64,000 nucleotides of DNA from Azolla caroliniana (lineage: Eukaryota > Plantae > Polypodiophyta), in contig JBHGNT010000016.1 in assembly GCA_043228905.1 (NCBI GenBank), forward strand, positions 18,228,001 to 18,292,000, read 5' to 3'. The position numbers were made by a program, and so were the translations under genes. Positions 24,563-36,993 of this stretch are shown here, piece after piece (within the stretch, counting starts at the first letter, position 1; each line of letters opens with the position of its first letter). Below the pieces are notes generated by a model. That model saw only the letters and a program-made list of their open reading frames with translations. It did not search any database and was not told the DNA's origin.

Positions 24563-26242
24563 TCATTCCGGCATGGGGTGTCTTACCAGTCCGATTCTCT
24601 TCCGGCATGCCTCCAACTTGTCGAGTATCAACACTTTGGTCAGCATGTATGACCCGTTCTCAGCCGTGTTGATCTTCATCAGCGCGAACTCCTGGTCATC
24701 TACTCTTTCCCGGATCCAATGATACCTCTGCTGGATATGCTTCATCTGGGAATGGTAGGCTGCATTCTTAGCAAGGTGGATGGCACTTTGACTGTTGCAA
24801 TAGAGCCGGTATTCATCTTGCCAGATACCGAGCTCTCCAATGAAGTCCTTCATCCATAATATTTCCTTGCTGGCTTCCATAGCCGCCATGTACTCCGCCT
24901 CCGTGGTTGACAATGCAACCGTCTTTTGCAACCTCGACTGCCAGGAAACAGCTCCCCCTGCATATGTCATTACATACCCGGATGTAGACCGGCTGGTATC
25001 CACATCAGCCAACATGTCCGAATCGGTGAAACCGTCAAGTTGAGGTTTTCCGGAGCCGAATCGGAGACACCTATTTGAAGTGCCCTTCAAATATCGGAGT
25101 ATCCATTTGACCGCGTTCCAGTGCTCCTTCCTGGGATTGCTCATAAACCGGCTCACCACTCCGACTACGTATCCTATATCCGGTCGGGTACACACCATTC
25201 CGTACATTAAGCTCCCGACGGTAGAGGCATATGGAATCTTCATCATATCCACCTTCTCTGCTTTCGTATTTGGGTTTTGCTTATCGAATAACCTGCAGTT
25301 TGTCGGAAGTGTCGATCCGACCGGTTTCGCATCTGACATGTTGAACCGGTGAAGCACCTTTGTCACGTACTTCTCCTGTGACAACCACAATTGCTTCACT
25401 GACCGGTTCCGGATAATATGCATCCCCAGCATCTGTCTTGCCGGACCCAAGTTTTTCATTGAGAAGGTCCGGTTGAGAGCCTTCTTCAGCATCCGTATTT
25501 TGACTTGGTCCCGTCCGACGATCAACATGTTGTCCACGTACAGAAGGAGTATCAAGAAGTCGCCTCCTTCGAACTTCTTCACAAACACGCAGTGAGCGGC
25601 CTGCGTCTTGTGGTACCCTTGATCGGTCATGAAGGAGTCGAACTTCCGGTACCATTGCCGAGGGGCCTGCTTCAACCCGTAGAGGCTCTTCTTCAACCGG
25701 CATACCAGGTGCTCCTTCCCTTTCTCCACGAATCCTTCCGGTTGCTGCATGTAGATCTCCTCTTCGAGGTCGCTGTGAAGGAATGTCATCTTCACGTCCA
25801 GCTGCTCTACCTCGAGGTCCATGCCTTCTGCTATACTCAGCATCGTCCGGATGGAGGTCATCTTTACTACCGGGGCAAATATCTCATTGAAGTCCACGCC
25901 CTTCTTCTGCCGGAACCCCTTCACCACGATCCTGGCTTTGTATCTCAGGGGGTTGCCGGCATCTCCCGGTTTCAACTTGTACACCCACTTGTTTCGGAGT
26001 GCCCGCTTTCCTTTCGGCAACTCCACCAATTCGTACGTATGGTTCTCATGCAGGGAATCCATCTCTTCTTGCATGGCACTCAACCATTTGCGGCTGTGGG
26101 TGTCATCCTTCGCTTCTTCGAAGCTTTCCGGCTCCCCCTCATCGGTTAGCAGAACATGCTCTGCATCCGGAAATCTCCGGGGCGCCCTTCTCTCTCTGAG
26201 AGGATATCTCCGTCTTTGGGCTTCGGTAACCGGCTCCTCCAT
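24563..26242 (-). CDS. Copia reverse transcriptase-RNase H (catalytic YVDD reads YVDN)
   Basis: 559-aa ORF with [34 protein letters not shown] and STTEAEY. Confidence 0.9.
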   Translation of the reverse strand: MEEPVTEAQRRRYPLRERRAPRRFPDAEHVLLTDEGEPESFEEAKDDTHSRKWLSAMQEEMDSLHENHTYELVELPKGKRALRNKWVYKLKPGDAGNPLRYKARIVVKGFRQKKGVDFNEIFAPVVKMTSIRTMLSIAEGMDLEVEQLDVKMTFLHSDLEEEIYMQQPEGFVEKGKEHLVCRLKKSLYGLKQAPRQWYRKFDSFMTDQGYHKTQAAHCVFVKKFEGGDFLILLLYVDNMLIVGRDQVKIRMLKKALNRTFSMKNLGPARQMLGMHIIRNRSVKQLWLSQEKYVTKVLHRFNMSDAKPVGSTLPTNCRLFDKQNPNTKAEKVDMMKIPYASTVGSLMYGMVCTRPDIGYVVGVVSRFMSNPRKEHWNAVKWILRYLKGTSNRCLRFGSGKPQLDGFTDSDMLADVDTSRSTSGYVMTYAGGAVSWQSRLQKTVALSTTEAEYMAAMEASKEILWMKDFIGELGIWQDEYRLYCNSQSAIHLAKNAAYHSQMKHIQQRYHWIRERVDDQEFALMKINTAENGSYMLTKVLILDKLEACRKRIGLVRHPMPE

Positions 26243-26482
26243 TTGTTCTTCATCCGAATCCGATTCGGGGTCTTGGCTGGTTCCGGTTTCAGCTTCCTCT
26301 ACTTCTTCTTCAGCCTATTTGGTATCCTCACCGTAACCGGCTGGCTCCTCGAGTGCTAACCGGTCTCTTGCCGGTTGGGTCTGCTCATCGTAGAGTCGAT
26401 CCTTACCGGTCAACTCGGAGTTCATTATCTTCTTCTCCGATTCCCAATCGATGAGCGTCTTGTCCTCCATGAAGATAATATC

Positions 26483-27680
26483 TCAACTCCGGAATACCTT
26501 CTTGTCGACCAGGTCCCACACTCGGTAGCCGAACTCATCGTCACCGTAACCGAGGAATATGCATGGCCGGGTCTTTGGATCTAACTTTCCTCTCCGGTCC
26601 TTAGCAACATGCACGTATGCGAGACACCCGAACACCTTCAGATGGCGGTAGGATACTTCCTTACCGGTCCACACTCTCTGTGGCGTGTCTCCGTCCAAGG
26701 GTACTGAGGGTGATGTTTTTATCACATATGTCGCCGTCGACAATGCCTCAGCCCAAAACTTCTTGGGTAGTTTTGCATGCGCTAGCATACTCCGGACCCT
26801 CTCCATTATGGTCCGGTTCATCCTCTCGGCCAGTCTGTTTAGTTCCGGCGTCTTCGGCACGGTAAATTCGAGCCGGATTCCCTTCAAGCAGCAATACTCC
26901 TCGAACTGCCCCCGGTATTCACCTCCGTTATCTGCTCGAACCGTCTTCAGCTTCCGGCCGGTTTCTCTTTCCACTCTCGCATGGAGCTCTTTGAAGACGG
27001 ATAGCACCTGATCCTTCGTCTTCAACGGTGTGGCCCACAACTTCCGGCTGTGGTCATCAATGAATGTCACGAAGTACTGCGCTCCGGCATGTGACTTCGT
27101 GTCTACTTGACACACATCCGTATGCACCAACTCGAATGGTGCATTACGTCTCATCGGTGGCCTTGGTCGGAAGGAGGTCCTGTTTTGCTTACCGGCCAGA
27201 CAATCAGTGCATTTCTCCAAGTGCACGTTCTTCACTGGAATGAGGTTGTCGTCTGCAAGCCTCTTCATCCCCTTCTCGCTCATATGACACAGCCTCTTGT
27301 GCCACAGTTCACCGGCAGTGTCGGATGCCACGTTCACTTCTTCCGGACATAATCGGGCATTCATCAGGTACAGTGTGTTGACCTTCCGAGCCCGAGCCAC
27401 AATCAGGCTCCCTTTGCTGAACTTCATGACATCGTTCCGGATGCTACCCGTGTAGCCTTCATCATCTAGCCGACCGGTTGATATCAGGTTCAGACGAACC
27501 TCCGGAATGTGTCGGACATTCTTCAGCAGCAACTTGCATCCGGTTGGTGTTGACAGCCACACGTCTCCTATGCCGATAATTCGGCATGTACCTTCATTCC
27601 CCATCCGGACACAGCCGTGATCACCGGCTGAGTAGGATGAGAAGCATTTCCCGTCCGGGGTAAGGTGGAACGACGCTCCG
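26483..27680 (-). CDS. Copia protease remnant, GAG-pre and integrase
   Basis: SGASFH, LWHKRLCH..CTDC, VHTDVC, ADNGGEY, AERMNRT. The ORF-track N-terminus beyond 27680 comes from unrelated inserted DNA. Confidence 0.88.
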
Positions 27681-28336
27681 GATGTCAAATGGCGTTGTCG
27701 CGTTACTACGCGCGTGCGTGAGGAAACGAGATGAGACCACCGGGGTCTTGAACCGAAGAGCAGGTGATAGAAGGGGGAAAGAGAAAGAGAGAGATGCCCG
27801 GTCACGTATGAGCAAAGAAACACAGGGGCGTGGCCCGTCAACACAGAAAACGCGAATGGACACAGAGACAGGGAGACACGAGTGTTTGTATATTAACGAA
27901 TAACAAGTACACAGCAGAACACGCGAGCGGCTACAACTGAACAGGCCGGTGAACAGATGTCGATGCCTGTTCGTCTACGCACGAAATGGGGATAGGATGG
28001 AGGTGCTGCCGGAAGCACACGGGCGTTCCTCGAAGCAGCGCGAGCCTCCCGAAACCTGCAGAGAAGAGCAACAGAGAACAGACAGAGGAGAAGCGTTCGG
28101 TTCCAGTCTGACAACACTTCGTCCTCCTCAATGCGCGATCCCTTCTCCCTGCGTCTCCCTCTCCTTTATCGCGTCAAGAAGGGAGCCATCTCCCTCATTT
28201 ACTTCCTACCTACCGAATCTAACTACCCAGGATCTCTCTCTGTACCTAATTCTCTATTATATACATTAAGAGCGCGCACACGTGAAGGGCCGGTTCATGT
28301 GTGCTATTCACCGATTGCGCCAAGGGACGGTTTTCT

Positions 28337-31300
28337 TCACGACATCCGCCCCCACCTAACCGCACATCCACCGGTATGCGCCAAAATTGGGTTCTGGTTG
28401 GAGAAAACCGGCCCGGGTTCCGGTTCCTCGTCCATCGGTTCGTCCTCCGCCTCGGACTGATCATCGTCGTTGTCCAAGCCTCTTAGATCCGGTTCGCCGT
28501 CGTGGCGCTCCTTGAACGCTTTGATCCGTTTTCCTGCCACTGGTATCGCCATCCTCGTGCCGTCGAGTTCCGCCAGCTGATACGTCCCGTTGTCGTTGGC
28601 GCTCGTTACCACGTAAGGCCCGAACCACCGCTTTGCAAACTTTCATGTTGCTCGGTGCTGGTTGTCGAGGTTGCTGTCGTAGACCAACACTCAGTCGCCT
28701 TCCTCGATTTTCTTTGGTCTGAGCCAATGCGTTTGGTCGAACCGGGCTTTGTTCTTCATCCTCGTCGTCCGAAGTCTCTACGCCGCTCGTTCCACGTCCT
28801 CTGGCCTCCGCTCGAGCTGTCGTATACGCGCCGCTAGCAGTTCTTCCCGACTCATTTCGTCACTCTAGTCTATTGTCGCCCAGGACGAGATCGTCCGTTC
28901 CATCGGCATGATCGGCTTCTGTCCGAACATAAGCTCTGACGGCATGAACCCGGTTACCGAACTGTGTGTTGTCCGGTCCGCCCACAAGGCATAAGGTAAT
29001 AGCCGTGGCCAGTTCCCGACCTGGCCTCCGCATGCCCGGACTAGCGCTTTGACGATTGGCCCGTGCCTGCGCTCTACCTTCCCGTTTGCCTCCGGATTGT
29101 ACGCTGTGGTGAGCGAGACCTTGACCCCTAACTGGTTGAACAGCTCCTCAGCTTCTTCGGCGTCCAACTCCCTGCGGTCAGCCACGATCTTTCTGACGCA
29201 CCCGTACCGGCATATCACGTCTTCGATCAGGAACAAACACACGGCCGCGGTCGTTTTGTTCTGCAGGGCTCGGCCTTCCACCTGATTCGTCAGGTCCTCC
29301 CGGGCTAGCACCAAATATCACATCTGCCCTACGCCCATCGGCATCGTCACCAAATCTACCATCCATTTGAAGTGGATGGCCGGAGGGTAAGTGGGGTGAA
29401 GCTCGTCCCGATGTCTGACTATGGAGTGCATCTGACAGCTCTCACAAGTTGTCACGAATCGATGCACGTCCCGGTACAGTCCCGGCGACCAGTACTTCCC
29501 CTTTAGTTTCTCAAACGTGGCCCACGTCCCACGGTGTCCAGCCCAGGGGCTCTCGTGGTAGGCTTTCAGCAATTCCTCCTGTTCCTCCTTCATCGCCACT
29601 ACTCGGAGCGGGATGTCGTCCCTCTTCTTTGGGTGCTTCCACAAGTATCCGTCCCGGAGAAAGAACCGATACGCTTTCTTCTGGATCCGGTTGGCCTCGT
29701 CCCTTGTCCACGATGCGTCTGGCATCATTGTCCTTAAGAATCCCCCAATCTGCAGCCACTCCCCGTCGTACTGGCTCTCGTTGAAATCGTTAAGCGCCGG
29801 AGTGCTTTCCCCCTCGGTTGTTACGTAAGCCGCCTCGAAGAAGTCTATGCCGACTTCCTCGTCCTCCAAAACCATGCCGCCCTCGTCGCTGAATCTCGCC
29901 CTCGAAAGCATGTCGGCCATGGCATTGTCTTTCCCGGAAATGTGTCGTATTTCCGGATCCAGGGACTTGATGTACGCTATCCACCTGAGCATCGCCAGGT
30001 CCGGGGTTGCGCATCCGAAAACCATGCCGAGGATTGGCAGGCAGTCCGTCTCGATAATTACCTCTGTCCCGATCAGATAGTCTTTATCAGCCTTTACCGC
30101 CGAAACGATACCCCAGAGTTTGCGTTTAACCTGGACGTATCCTCGTTGTCGCTCGCTGAGGACCTTCGCGCCGAACCGGATTGGGAACCGAATACCGTCC
30201 TCATCTTCTTGGTTAACGACCCATCCGATCCCGGTCGGACTTGTATCTACCGTTATGTAGATGGGGTTGCCTTTCTCGTAGACGGCCTTCCGGAGCGCCA
30301 GAGCTGCAGCAAGAGCCTCCTTCATTTTTCGGACTAACTCCATATGCTCGACTCGCCACTCGAATCTTTGCCCCTTTTTCAGCAACCCGTATAGTGGCTC
30401 GGCAACGTGGGCGTAATGCGGGATCCATATGTGGTAGAACGCGCATGCTCCCAAGAACCTCCGTACCTCCGTGACCGAGTTACAGTCGGGCTTCATAGCA
30501 GAGATGGCTTCTACCTTGGCCGGAGACGGTTTTCGGCCATACGCCCCGCATAGATGTCCGACGACCATGATCTCCGATTGCCCGAAGGCCGATTTCTCCC
30601 CGGAGAAGGTGAGCCTCGCGTCCTCTAGCCTCTGCAGCACCCTCTCGCAGTCGTCAATGTGTGTCGTCGCGAATTTCCGGCATCCATCCGGTTCGATCGT
30701 TTCGTCCTTTTCCTCCACCGGACAGCCCTTGATCGGGATGTCGTCCAAGAATGGCATGGTGATGTCCGGGATACAATCCCTCAGCACCTTGTTCATCGCA
30801 TTCACCATGTGGGCCACCGAGTTTGTCCCTCCTTGTGGCAGGGTGCACATCCGCACTAGGCCGAGAGGAGTCCGCATCGTCGTAATGTCTCTGCTCTCTA
30901 TGGCTAGTTGGAACTGATCGTACCCCGAGTACAGATCACCGACCGAGTAGATCGACCTTCCGGCGAAGGCCTCCGCGAACTCGTCTATCGTTGGTCCGAT
31001 TCCTGCGTTCCGAATGGTCACTCTGTTGACCGGCTGCAGGTCTTGAATGAAGCCCAACGTCCCGTTCTTCTTCGGTACAGTAAACCACTGGTTTGAGTAC
31101 GGGGCACTCAACGGTTCGAGGATGCCCATATCGATTTTCTACCTCAACAGCTCCATTAGCTCCGGGATGTGAGCTCTCGGTACCGGAATCGGTTTGAGAT
31201 TCCACGTCACATGCGGTACCGTGAATATCACCATCGGTTTTACGACTGTCGGGTCTACGCACCCGATTTCTTCCGGTGAGAATGCGAAGGCTTTCCCGTG

Positions 31301-31924
31301 CCTTTCGAGCATTCTCCGAAACTAGTCTTCTTCTGCCGGCAGTAGGAACCCGCCCCCACCGATTTTGAGCTCCCGTAGCGTTCTGTCGGCGAAGGTGTGT
31401 CCTATGCAGGCCGGATCACGTAAACTAGGGTCCGACGCGACCCCCTCGATTCGCAACTCGCTGCCCTCCGGTAAGGGTGCCGCGACTGGCCTTACCTTCC
31501 GGTCCACAGTCTTGTACTTCGTGTTAACCCGGGCCATCCGATCTGACTCGAGCCCTCGACTGAAGTCCGTGATGACTTCATACATCTCTTCTGAACAAAC
31601 CGGTATCGTCTGGTCCTCTTTAAGGCCCTCTCCGACCACCTCTCGCAGTATTCCCAAGGTATCGTCGAAGGAGACCGCCTCCACGGCTCCGTTGATTTCC
31701 TCGCTGGGCCCGAGAACTCCGCACGCCCGAAGTCGCTCTTCCGCCCTTGTCTTTTCTCGGCCTATGACGTCGACTATCGTACACCCTCCGTTGTCGAAGA
31801 AACAAAACTTCCTACTTATGGTACAAGGATTCTTTGGTTTCGCTTTTATCGTACATTTGTGGGGTTTTCCCGGAGTGTCCGGACTGTCGCGGCCCCACGC
31901 CTTGGCAGCCCTCTCTAAAAATCC
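28337..31924 (-). pseudogene. W2 RT-RNase H-integrase, in the -1 frame relative to gag-pro
   Basis: ORFs 31322-32224 and 29318-31129 are in one frame with FLDD, VDTS, ADMLSR and H..H..CESC. INT lies at 28865-29314. No chromodomain seen. Confidence 0.92.
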
Positions 31925-34038
31925 TCTCGGTTCTCGCCATTGAGGGACTCGCGGTTTCGCTCGTGGTTGGGTCGTACCGTCAGGAACTGGACCGAATGAC
32001 GCCCGTCCTGGCTCTTGACCCTCGCGTAAGCCGACCCGTTGTCCAGCACCTTGGTCTCCATTCGCGCCGCCGTAATGTACGGTTCCCCTAGAATGACCGG
32101 GTGCGAGGACGTTTCCTGCACAAAGAAGTGCTGGTCTATTTCGACATCGCCGATCTTGACTCGCACGTTTGGGCAGGCCCCGTGTAGTTCCTCGGTGGCG
32201 CGCGTCGCCGCCCATATCTTCCACCCGTGCTTAGTGTTGATCGGCCATTTCCCCCTTTTGTAGAAGTCCATGGACATCAGGTTTATTTCCAAACCATGGT
32301 CCACCAGTGCCACCACCAGTTCCTGAACATCTCCGATTTTAACCGGGGTTTCAGTGGTCGCTCGGGCCCAGTGTGGCTTCGAATAGTGGCTCTCCGCCCA
32401 CTCGTCTTCCAGCGCCATGTCCTCTATGTGCGTCGTGCGCACTTCCACCGGCCTTTCCGGTTCTACCTCCGTTGACAGCCTCTTCCTCTTCACCAAGTCC
32501 ACGATGGAGTCGTGGAACTCCTTGGCTATCCCGAGCACCTCTCGCAACAACAGTTCCACCTTGCTGTCGAGGATTCGTTCTTCCAGGACCTTTCGTAGGT
32601 CCGTGGTCCTTTCAATCTCCGTGCCCAACCGGTATCCGCCCTTCTTGTGGTTATCCCGGGCACTGGACTCACCGGCCTCGTTCCGTTTCGGCCCGAATCG
32701 GGTTTCGTATCTCTGTGAGGGTCCTGCCCCTCCGTTTTTACCTACCCGTTTGTCTTCAACCAGAGCCTCGTAGTTTTGGCAAGCTGCTTCTACGAAACCT
32801 GTCCTTTCTTCGACCGGGTCACTCCACCCAGTTACCTCCTGGACCCGCTTCTCCGCGCAGTCCGCCTCGTCTCTCTTCAGTCGGGCACCAGCGAGGCCTT
32901 CCAGCACCGTCGGCCAGAACTTGGCTTTGCTCTCTTTCTGGGCCCCGCTGCCCCCGACCCGAATACCGGCTGACTCTGAGTAGTGGACGGTCTCCGCGTG
33001 CCGGGCTGCCACTTGTTCCATCAGCCTTTTCATTCCTCCTCTCCCGTCGTTTCAATTCAGGGCCCTCCGGATATCGTTGGCGTGCACCCGACCCTCCCAC
33101 AGGTACACTACCCGGCTTCTCAAAGCCTCCATAAAGTCCCCGCAGTCTTTCCGGATGTAGCCGACCTCGTCGCACCACATGCACCTACTTCCTGTCGGAG
33201 GCCTTCGGTCACGAGCCTGATCGCCGCCTTCCCTCCGAGCCTGGGCGATCTAGAGATCCTTTACCGCTCGTGTCAACTCCTCTAGAGCTGTTCCCCCGGA
33301 CGAGCCTCTAATCACGCCGGTCGAAGACAAACTGGTTTCGAGCCACTCCCGGGTCTCTTCCCTTCGTGCCTGCGGTATCGGTTCGAGCTTCCTTGCTGCG
33401 ACAGGTCCCGCCCCGGTCGCCTCTGTATCAGCCCACTCCCACCGTTTGTCAAAACGGCCGCAGACTCTCTTTACCGCGGCCCAGTCGGTCGTCAATCCGT
33501 CTTCGGTTTCCAGTAAGGAGCCAACTTGCCCCCGATCCCGTGTGTCAACCAATTTGACAAACAGTAGGACACGACTTGTGTCCAGAACAGTCCGATCGAG
33601 CGCCGAAAGGCGCGCAAAGCGTTCCTCAAACTCCCGAAGGAGTACCGACGCATTTCTTCCTTTGTTGGGGGACTCCACCCATTCCATGAAGCTCCACTTC
33701 GAAAGTCAAAGCGCGTCATCCAGCCCGTACTTCTCCAGGAGTCGTCCTTCGAACTCTTCCCAGGTCCGGCTCTCCGCCCAGACCTCGAGCACCTCTGCAT
33801 GGATGCCCGGCATCGCCACTCGAGAGAATCTGGCAAGACGCTTCTCTTCCGGAATATCCCTCATCAACATCTCCGCCTGGTAGGACGCCAAATAACTCGT
33901 GGACTCCTTTCCACTAAACCGGCCGATCGTACTGACGATCGCCTCAATAGCCCTGTCAAGGGCACCGGTGCCCTCGCGCGCGCTCACTATCCGGTCCACG
34001 ACCGAAGCCATGGCCTCTGCAAGATCCGACCCCCTCAT
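31915..34038 (-). pseudogene. W2 gag-protease (several lesions)
   Basis: ORFs 33706-34038, 33250-33687 and 31915-33033. Protease ALVDHGLEINLM..VILGEPY. Ends EDF-stop. Confidence 0.88.
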
Positions 34039-34735
34039 CTTCTCCTCCTCTGCCGCCTGATTTACGTCGGGTTCACCAACGATGTCGCGTTACTACGCGC
34101 ATGCGTGAGGAAACGATGCAGGACCACCGGGGTCTTGAACCGAAGAGCAGGTGATAGAAGGGGGAAAGAGAAGGAGAGAGAAGCCTGGTCACGTATGAGC
34201 AAAGAAACACAGGGGCGTGGCCAGTCAACACAGAAAACGCGAATGGACACAGAGACAGGGAGACACGAGTGTTTGTATATTAACGAATAACAAGTACACA
34301 GCAGAACACGCGAGCGGCTACAACCGAACAGGCTGGCGAACAGATGCCGATGCCTGTTCTTCTACGCACGAAATGGGGATAGGATGGAGGTGTTGCCGGA
34401 AGCACACGGGCGTTCTTCGAAGCAGCGGGAGCCTCCCGAAACCTGCAGAGAAGAGCAACAGAGAACAGACAAAGGAGAAGCGTTCGGTTCCAGTCCGACA
34501 ACACTTCGTCCTCCTCAATGCGCGATCCCTTCTCCCTGCGTCTCCCTCTCCTTTATAGCGTCGAGAAGGGAGCCATCTCCCTCATTTACTTCCTACCTAC
34601 CGAATCTAACTACCCAGGATCTCTCTATGTACCTAATTCTCTATTATATACATTAAGAGCGCGCACACGTGAAGGGCCGGTTCATGTGCGCTATTCACCG
34701 ATTGCGCCAAGGGACGGTTTTCTTCACGACAGCGT

Positions 34736-35176
34736 TCGACCATGGAGGAAGAAATGTGAGCACTTGATGCCAATGACACATAGGACTTTTTTGACCCTTA
34801 GCAACACTACAAACCAATCAAATGCAAATGGGTGTACAAGATAAAGTACAACGCCGGCAGCCCGAAACACAGGTGCAAGGCCTGATTGGTGGCCAAAGGG
34901 TACACGCAAACCCACCGAATAAACTACGACAAGACCTTTGCACCGGTAGCGAAGATGATGACTGTTCGTGTGGTGCTAGGAGTAGCAACGGCAAGGGTGA
35001 TGACGATGGACGTGAAGAATGTGTTTCTTCAAGGCGACCTTGAAGAACAGGTATTTATGGCCCAACCCCTTGGATTTCAGTCAGAGATGAACAAGTCGGC
35101 AGTATGTCGACTGAAGAAGTCGTTTTACGGCCTCAAGCAAGGCCCCCCTGCTTGGAACTCGAAGATCACGCATCGG
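34736..35176 (+). pseudogene. Copia RT fragment (target of W2; first 15 bp at 27681-27695)
   Basis: Joined flanks read DVKWRSTMEEEM. Also VAKGYTQ, MDVKNVFLQGDL and YGLKQ. Confidence 0.85.
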
Positions 35177-35630
35177 TGTCGTGAAGATTTTTGGCAACGA
35201 TGAGAAAACCAGATGGAATGGGCAAAGTCGGTGATCTACAACATGTGCACATATACATTAGGAAATGTATATAGAATAAAGGGGGAGGCATAATTTCCTC
35301 ACATTGTAACGTCCTTCCTTCCTTGTTCTATAAAAGGAGGGAAGGGTCTCTTGTAAAAGGGTTCCCATTTTGAGTTAGGAGGGTGTACCATGTATATCTA
35401 AGGTTTGGTAGTTTCTCCTTTTCTTCTTATTTTCCTTAGGGTTTCTACTTTGGTTTTCTTCACCCTAATTCGATTTAGGGTTTCATTTAGGTTTTCTTCA
35501 TCATCGTCTTGTAGGGTTTCGGTTCTTTGTGTGATCTTTCTTTTGAGTGGAGGTTTAGTGTTCCGTTTTGGTTCTTCATCTTGTGAGAGTTCGTGAGAGA
35601 TTTAGGGTTTTGGTTTTCATGCCCATCTGC
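35177..35630 (+). mobile_element. Truncated LTR related to the tRNA-Trp group
   Basis: Start TGTCGTGAAGATTTTTGGCAACGATG resembles the N1 LTR start TGTCATGAAGATTTTCGGCAACGGTG. TATAAAAGG near 35329. Left flank TCGG. Confidence 0.6.
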
Positions 35631-35631
35631 G

Positions 35632-36546
35632 TCACCCCGGCTTGATCCGGATTTGTCCGAATCGGAGCGCTTCTTCCAATATTTGCTCTCTTAGTGACCC
35701 TTCAGGCCACAGTACCAACAATCTGTCATAGGCTTTCCTTGTCGGTTTTGGCACCGGCTTGACTCCCCTGCTCCCGGAGGGTCCGGAACTGTTGTCGGCA
35801 TGACAATTATGCCTCCTATTTTGCTCTTGTCGGTCGCCTCCATTGCGTGCCAACCCGCCTCATCCACCATTACCATGGGGCCTTAGACACCAACCCACTG
35901 AGATAGACCTACACCATTTCATCCTCCTCGACAGTCACATTGATGGAAGTGAGGGGATCGTAGGTCTCCTTGATCCGGACTGTATAATCAGCCACATATA
36001 TCTTTCTGTCGGACATAGTTAAGCTCTTGTTGGAGCTGCAACTTCTTGGTCGTTGTGCTTGCCACGAAAACCTTCTTCAGGTTCGTCCAAACATCTTTGG
36101 GTGACTTGGCATCCCGGATGTAGCTAAGTAGATGATCACCAACAGATGCGAAGCAGTACATTACTGTACATGTTGCTTGCTCCCAAGCCGAAAAGTCCCT
36201 ATGTGTTGTATCCGATGTTGCATCGTTCGCTCCTTCAACATAACTCCAGTACCCATGTCCAAGCAGGTACTGGTTCATCTTGTATGACCGAGACGCGTAG
36301 TTGCTTCTATCAAGCTTCTCCGTTGGAAGTGAGCTTCCCATTCCTCTATCCCTGTTCCTATAGTTCGAAAAAAATAACCTCTTCATTTATGTGTTGGTAG
36401 CTCTTGTCGGTGGAAAATGATTCTTCTAACCCTCAAACTCTGATACCATGTAAAAGATCTATATGAAAATGCTACAACTAACAACACAACCGGATCACTC
36501 GTACAGAAGTAGAGAAGAAACACAGAGAATGGAGAAGACACAGTAT
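35632..36546 (-). mobile_element. Copia family C gag remnant, iMet PBS (36438-36448) and partial 5' LTR
   Basis: EKLDRSNYAS..LLGHGYWSYVEG and CWYCGLKGH. TTACA|TGGTATCAGAG on the minus strand. Confidence 0.85.
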
Positions 36547-36993
36547 AATACGGAGTGAAGGAATTAATTAAGTATGGTTGTAAATAAGCATAGTGTGGAC
36601 GGACGGACTGGAAACGGTATGCCGTTCCAGATCCGGACGGATCCCGAATAGGTGCGATAGGCACCGTTTTGTACTACGGACCGGAAACCTATTTAAAGGC
36701 CCGGACCCCATTGTAATCGCAGCGGATAATTAATAGAGCGTATGGTGTTTATACTTCTGTGTTGATTTCCGTTCTGTAATTATTGTTATATCTTACGCGT
36801 GTAATTAACAAAAGCGCTCTAATCATGTAACCTACTTAAGTCGGTGTAATCGTTGAGTCATAATCCTATGCCGTAATCACCCTTTGGTGAAGTGTCTCCG
36901 TGACACCTTGTGTTAGGCCTTGTCCGGTCAGAGAACAACACAGTTTTGGCGACCACGATTCCTGCTTTCTCGCAGCGAACGACGGCTTAATGG

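Larger units (their letters stand above)
23925..27680 (-). mobile_element. Young copia family B element, 5'-truncated at the protease; 3' LTR ~23925-24552
   Basis: PPT at 24555-24562, long open ORFs, abrupt end at the SGASFH protease motif. Confidence 0.9.
27696..34731 (-). mobile_element. Full-length Ty3/gypsy W2 (tRNA-Trp primed)
   Basis: 649-bp LTRs at 27696-28344 and 34083-34731, 4-bp TSD GCGT (27692-27695, 34732-34735), PBS TGGTGAACCCGACGT within 34061-34078, PPT GGTGGGGGCGGA at 28345-28356. Confidence 0.96.
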
